From contig JBFGJG010000028.1 in the NCBI GenBank assembly GCA_041577295.1, positions 1 through 60,069 of the forward strand: 60,069 nt of DNA. The letters are read 5' to 3'. The notes below the pieces were generated by a model that was not told the DNA's origin, ran no database searches, and saw only the letters and a list, made by a program, of their open reading frames with translations. Made by a program: the position numbers and the translations under genes. The DNA is from Gemmatimonadales bacterium. Its GTDB lineage: Bacteria; Gemmatimonadota; Gemmatimonadetes; Gemmatimonadales; GWC2-71-9. Shown here in pieces: positions 58,153 to 60,069 of this stretch. How positions within the stretch are numbered: the first letter of the stretch is position 1; every line of letters begins with the position of its first letter.

Positions 58153-59580
58153 TCAAGACCGGGTGTCACCGCTTGGTGTCGAGGCCGCTAGGCATTGGCC
58201 AACCGTCTCAACCACGCGTTGCACATCGCGATCGGTCGTTCGCCAGCTGCTGACCGACACCCGCATGCATCGCTTGCCACGCCACGTCACCCCCCAGAAG
58301 AATGCCTCGCCGGTCGCCCGGATCTGCTCGATCACGGAGTCGGTATATCGGTCGTGGTCCTCCGCTGACGCGTTGGGTGCGGGATCGAGGAAGCGAACCA
58401 GTCCCTGATTGATGATCGGTTCTGCGACGACCTCCACCTTGGGCAACTCGCCGAGCCGCGTGACAAGCGTGTGCGCATAGCGATTGCAGCGATCGACCAG
58501 ATCCGCCACCCCCGAGCGACCGAGCTCCCGTATGGCGGCGTACGTGGCGAACCCGCGGGCGCGTCGTGACCACTCCGGTGTCCAGTCGATTTGATCGCGG
58601 CCCTCGGTAGCGTGGCCCAGGTAGCTCTCGCGGATGGACATCGCCGCGGCGTGTGGTATTGGGTGTGCGACGAACGCGTAAGCGCTGTCGTAGGGGACGT
58701 TCAGCCACTTGTGACCGTCCGCGGCCCATGAGTCCGCTTGCTCCACGCCGTGCAACAGGTGCCGATGGTTGGGACTCGCATTGCACCACAGCCCAAACGC
58801 GCCGTCCACATGGACCCATGCGCCGTACTGGTGCGCGATGGGAATGAGCTCGGCAAAGTTGTCGAATACGCCTGTGTTCAAATCCCCGGCCTGGAGGTGC
58901 ACGATGGTTGGCTGTTCGCTCGCGGCAAGCGCGGTTGCCAACGCGTCCGCCCTGAGCGATCCATCCGCATGCGAGTCCACGTCCACGAGCGCGTCGGTGC
59001 CGAGGCCGAGGTAGCGGGCGGCGAGCGCGAGGGTAGCGTGATACTGGGCGTTGGTGAGAACACGGATCTTAGGAGCCCCGATCAGGCCTTGTTTTTCAAC
59101 ATCCCATCCGCGTGTGCTGAGCAGCGCGTTGCGCGCGGCGGCGAGACAGGTGAAGTGTGCGATCTGGGTTCCGGTAACCAGCGCGTAGCTCGCGGTGCGA
59201 GGAATCCCCAAGAGATCTTTGAGCCACTCACCGGCCACCTCTTCGGCCACCGCAGCGGCCGGCGCGGTGGCGAACATGCTGGCGTTCTGATCCCATGTAG
59301 AGGTGAGCCAATCCGCCGCAAGTGCCGCCGGCAGCGAGCCGCCAATGACCCAGGCGTAGAACCGTCCGCCGGCGCTGACGGTGATGCCACCCTCGACGTC
59401 GCTTGCGAGTTCGTCGATCACGCGGGCGGGATCCAGGCCCTCGTCGGCAAGCGGACGCGCGAGGCGCCGTTTGAGCTCGTCGTACCCGACCGTCGCTTCA
59501 ACGGGAAGATTGTCGAGCCGCTCGAGAAATGTCTTTGCGTGATGCGACGCGCGATCGAGCGCGGGAGCGAACCAGTTCAC
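58153..59580 (-). CDS. Group II PLP-dependent decarboxylase (aromatic amino acid decarboxylase-like)
   Basis: WVHVDGAFG, ADSWAADGHKWLNVPYD, SRRARG. Confidence 0.92.
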   Translation of the reverse strand: MNWFAPALDRASHHAKTFLERLDNLPVEATVGYDELKRRLARPLADEGLDPARVIDELASDVEGGITVSAGGRFYAWVIGGSLPAALAADWLTSTWDQNASMFATAPAAAVAEEVAGEWLKDLLGIPRTASYALVTGTQIAHFTCLAAARNALLSTRGWDVEKQGLIGAPKIRVLTNAQYHATLALAARYLGLGTDALVDVDSHADGSLRADALATALAASEQPTIVHLQAGDLNTGVFDNFAELIPIAHQYGAWVHVDGAFGLWCNASPNHRHLLHGVEQADSWAADGHKWLNVPYDSAYAFVAHPIPHAAAMSIRESYLGHATEGRDQIDWTPEWSRRARGFATYAAIRELGRSGVADLVDRCNRYAHTLVTRLGELPKVEVVAEPIINQGLVRFLDPAPNASAEDHDRYTDSVIEQIRATGEAFFWGVTWRGKRCMRVSVSSWRTTDRDVQRVVETVGQCLAASTPSGDTRS

Positions 59581-59686
59581 GAGAGTCTCCAGTGAGTGAG
59601 CTTCGTGAGCTCGTCACGATCACGAGGCGCGTGCGCGGTGTCAAGTGTTTATACGTTGTATGAAAGCAAGAATCGGGTTGACAAAG

Positions 59687-59754
59687 GTTTGAAGGACGGG
59701 ACGGAAGGTCTGCAAGGAAGATCTTCCGTTTTTCCGTCTTGCCGTCTTTCTAGC
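59687..59754. repeat. Inverted pair of degenerate octamer arrays
   Basis: GACGGAAG-like left arm; CTTCCGTT/TTTCCGTC/TTGCCGTC/TTTCTAGC right arm. Confidence 0.65.
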
Positions 59755-59765
59755 CTACTCGTCCC

Positions 59766-60068
59766 CTACCGGGAATGGCTCAGCGACCAGACGTACGCCG
59801 CCAACGCATGGATGTCGGCATCCGTGGCAGTGTGCAGCAAACCCCGAGATGGCATCTCCTTTCCGGTTTGGGATTCCGTCTCGGGCACGCCGTGAGTCAC
59901 GAGCTTCACGATCGCCCGGTAGCTACCGTCTTCGTGAATCCATTCCTTGTCTGACAAGCGTGGCCCGCGGTCAGTACCACGGCCGTAGAGACCGTGACAG
60001 GACACGCAGTCCGTTCCAGCACTCCAAAAGAGCTGCTTCCCCACCTCGATCAATGAGTCGGTAATTGC
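59766..60068 (-). CDS. Monoheme c-type cytochrome, 5' end beyond the window
   Basis: CVSCHG heme motif, GPRLSD..WIH, MP axial Met. Frame is open to the window end (AITDSLIEVGKQLF). Confidence 0.9.
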   Translation of the reverse strand, partial: AITDSLIEVGKQLFWSAGTDCVSCHGLYGRGTDRGPRLSDKEWIHEDGSYRAIVKLVTHGVPETESQTGKEMPSRGLLHTATDADIHALAAYVWSLSHSR

Positions 60069-60069
60069 C

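Overview
High-GC bacterial chromosomal segment with about 43 CDS. The gene repertoire suggests Gemmatimonadota, but that is an inference. I saw no rRNA, tRNA, CRISPR array, transposase or prophage gene. Left to right: (1) a partial HmuY-family gene that the ORF track missed, an alpha/beta hydrolase, mnmA, iscS and bshB1, lying downstream of a TolC-MFP-ATPase operon with four MacB-type permeases arranged A-B-A'-B' and preceded by a SigW/SigM-like ECF promoter; (2) a creatininase-family gene head-to-head with a 1353-aa orphan histidine kinase, then msrPQ, an M28 peptidase, a plug-only TonB-like protein, hpt and an MFS transporter; (3) an ~18 kb glgE-treS/mak-treZ-glgX-glgB-malQ-treY-otsA alpha-glucan/trehalose cluster; (4) accessory genes: DUF3109-like, diphthine-ammonia-ligase-like, a cNMP-binding + metallophosphoesterase pair, DUF523-DUF1722, a truncated Ig/RCC1 lipoprotein, a VWA protein with exact 88-aa repeats, an OMP, two Zn peptidases, a methyltransferase, a PLP decarboxylase and a cytochrome c. 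The most unusual non-coding signal is a set of degenerate 7-, 8- and 9-bp periodic arrays in many spacers. They often occur as inverted pairs whose unit differs between loci but matches within a locus, and two of them lie inside coding ends. All family assignments come from motif recognition, not from database searches.
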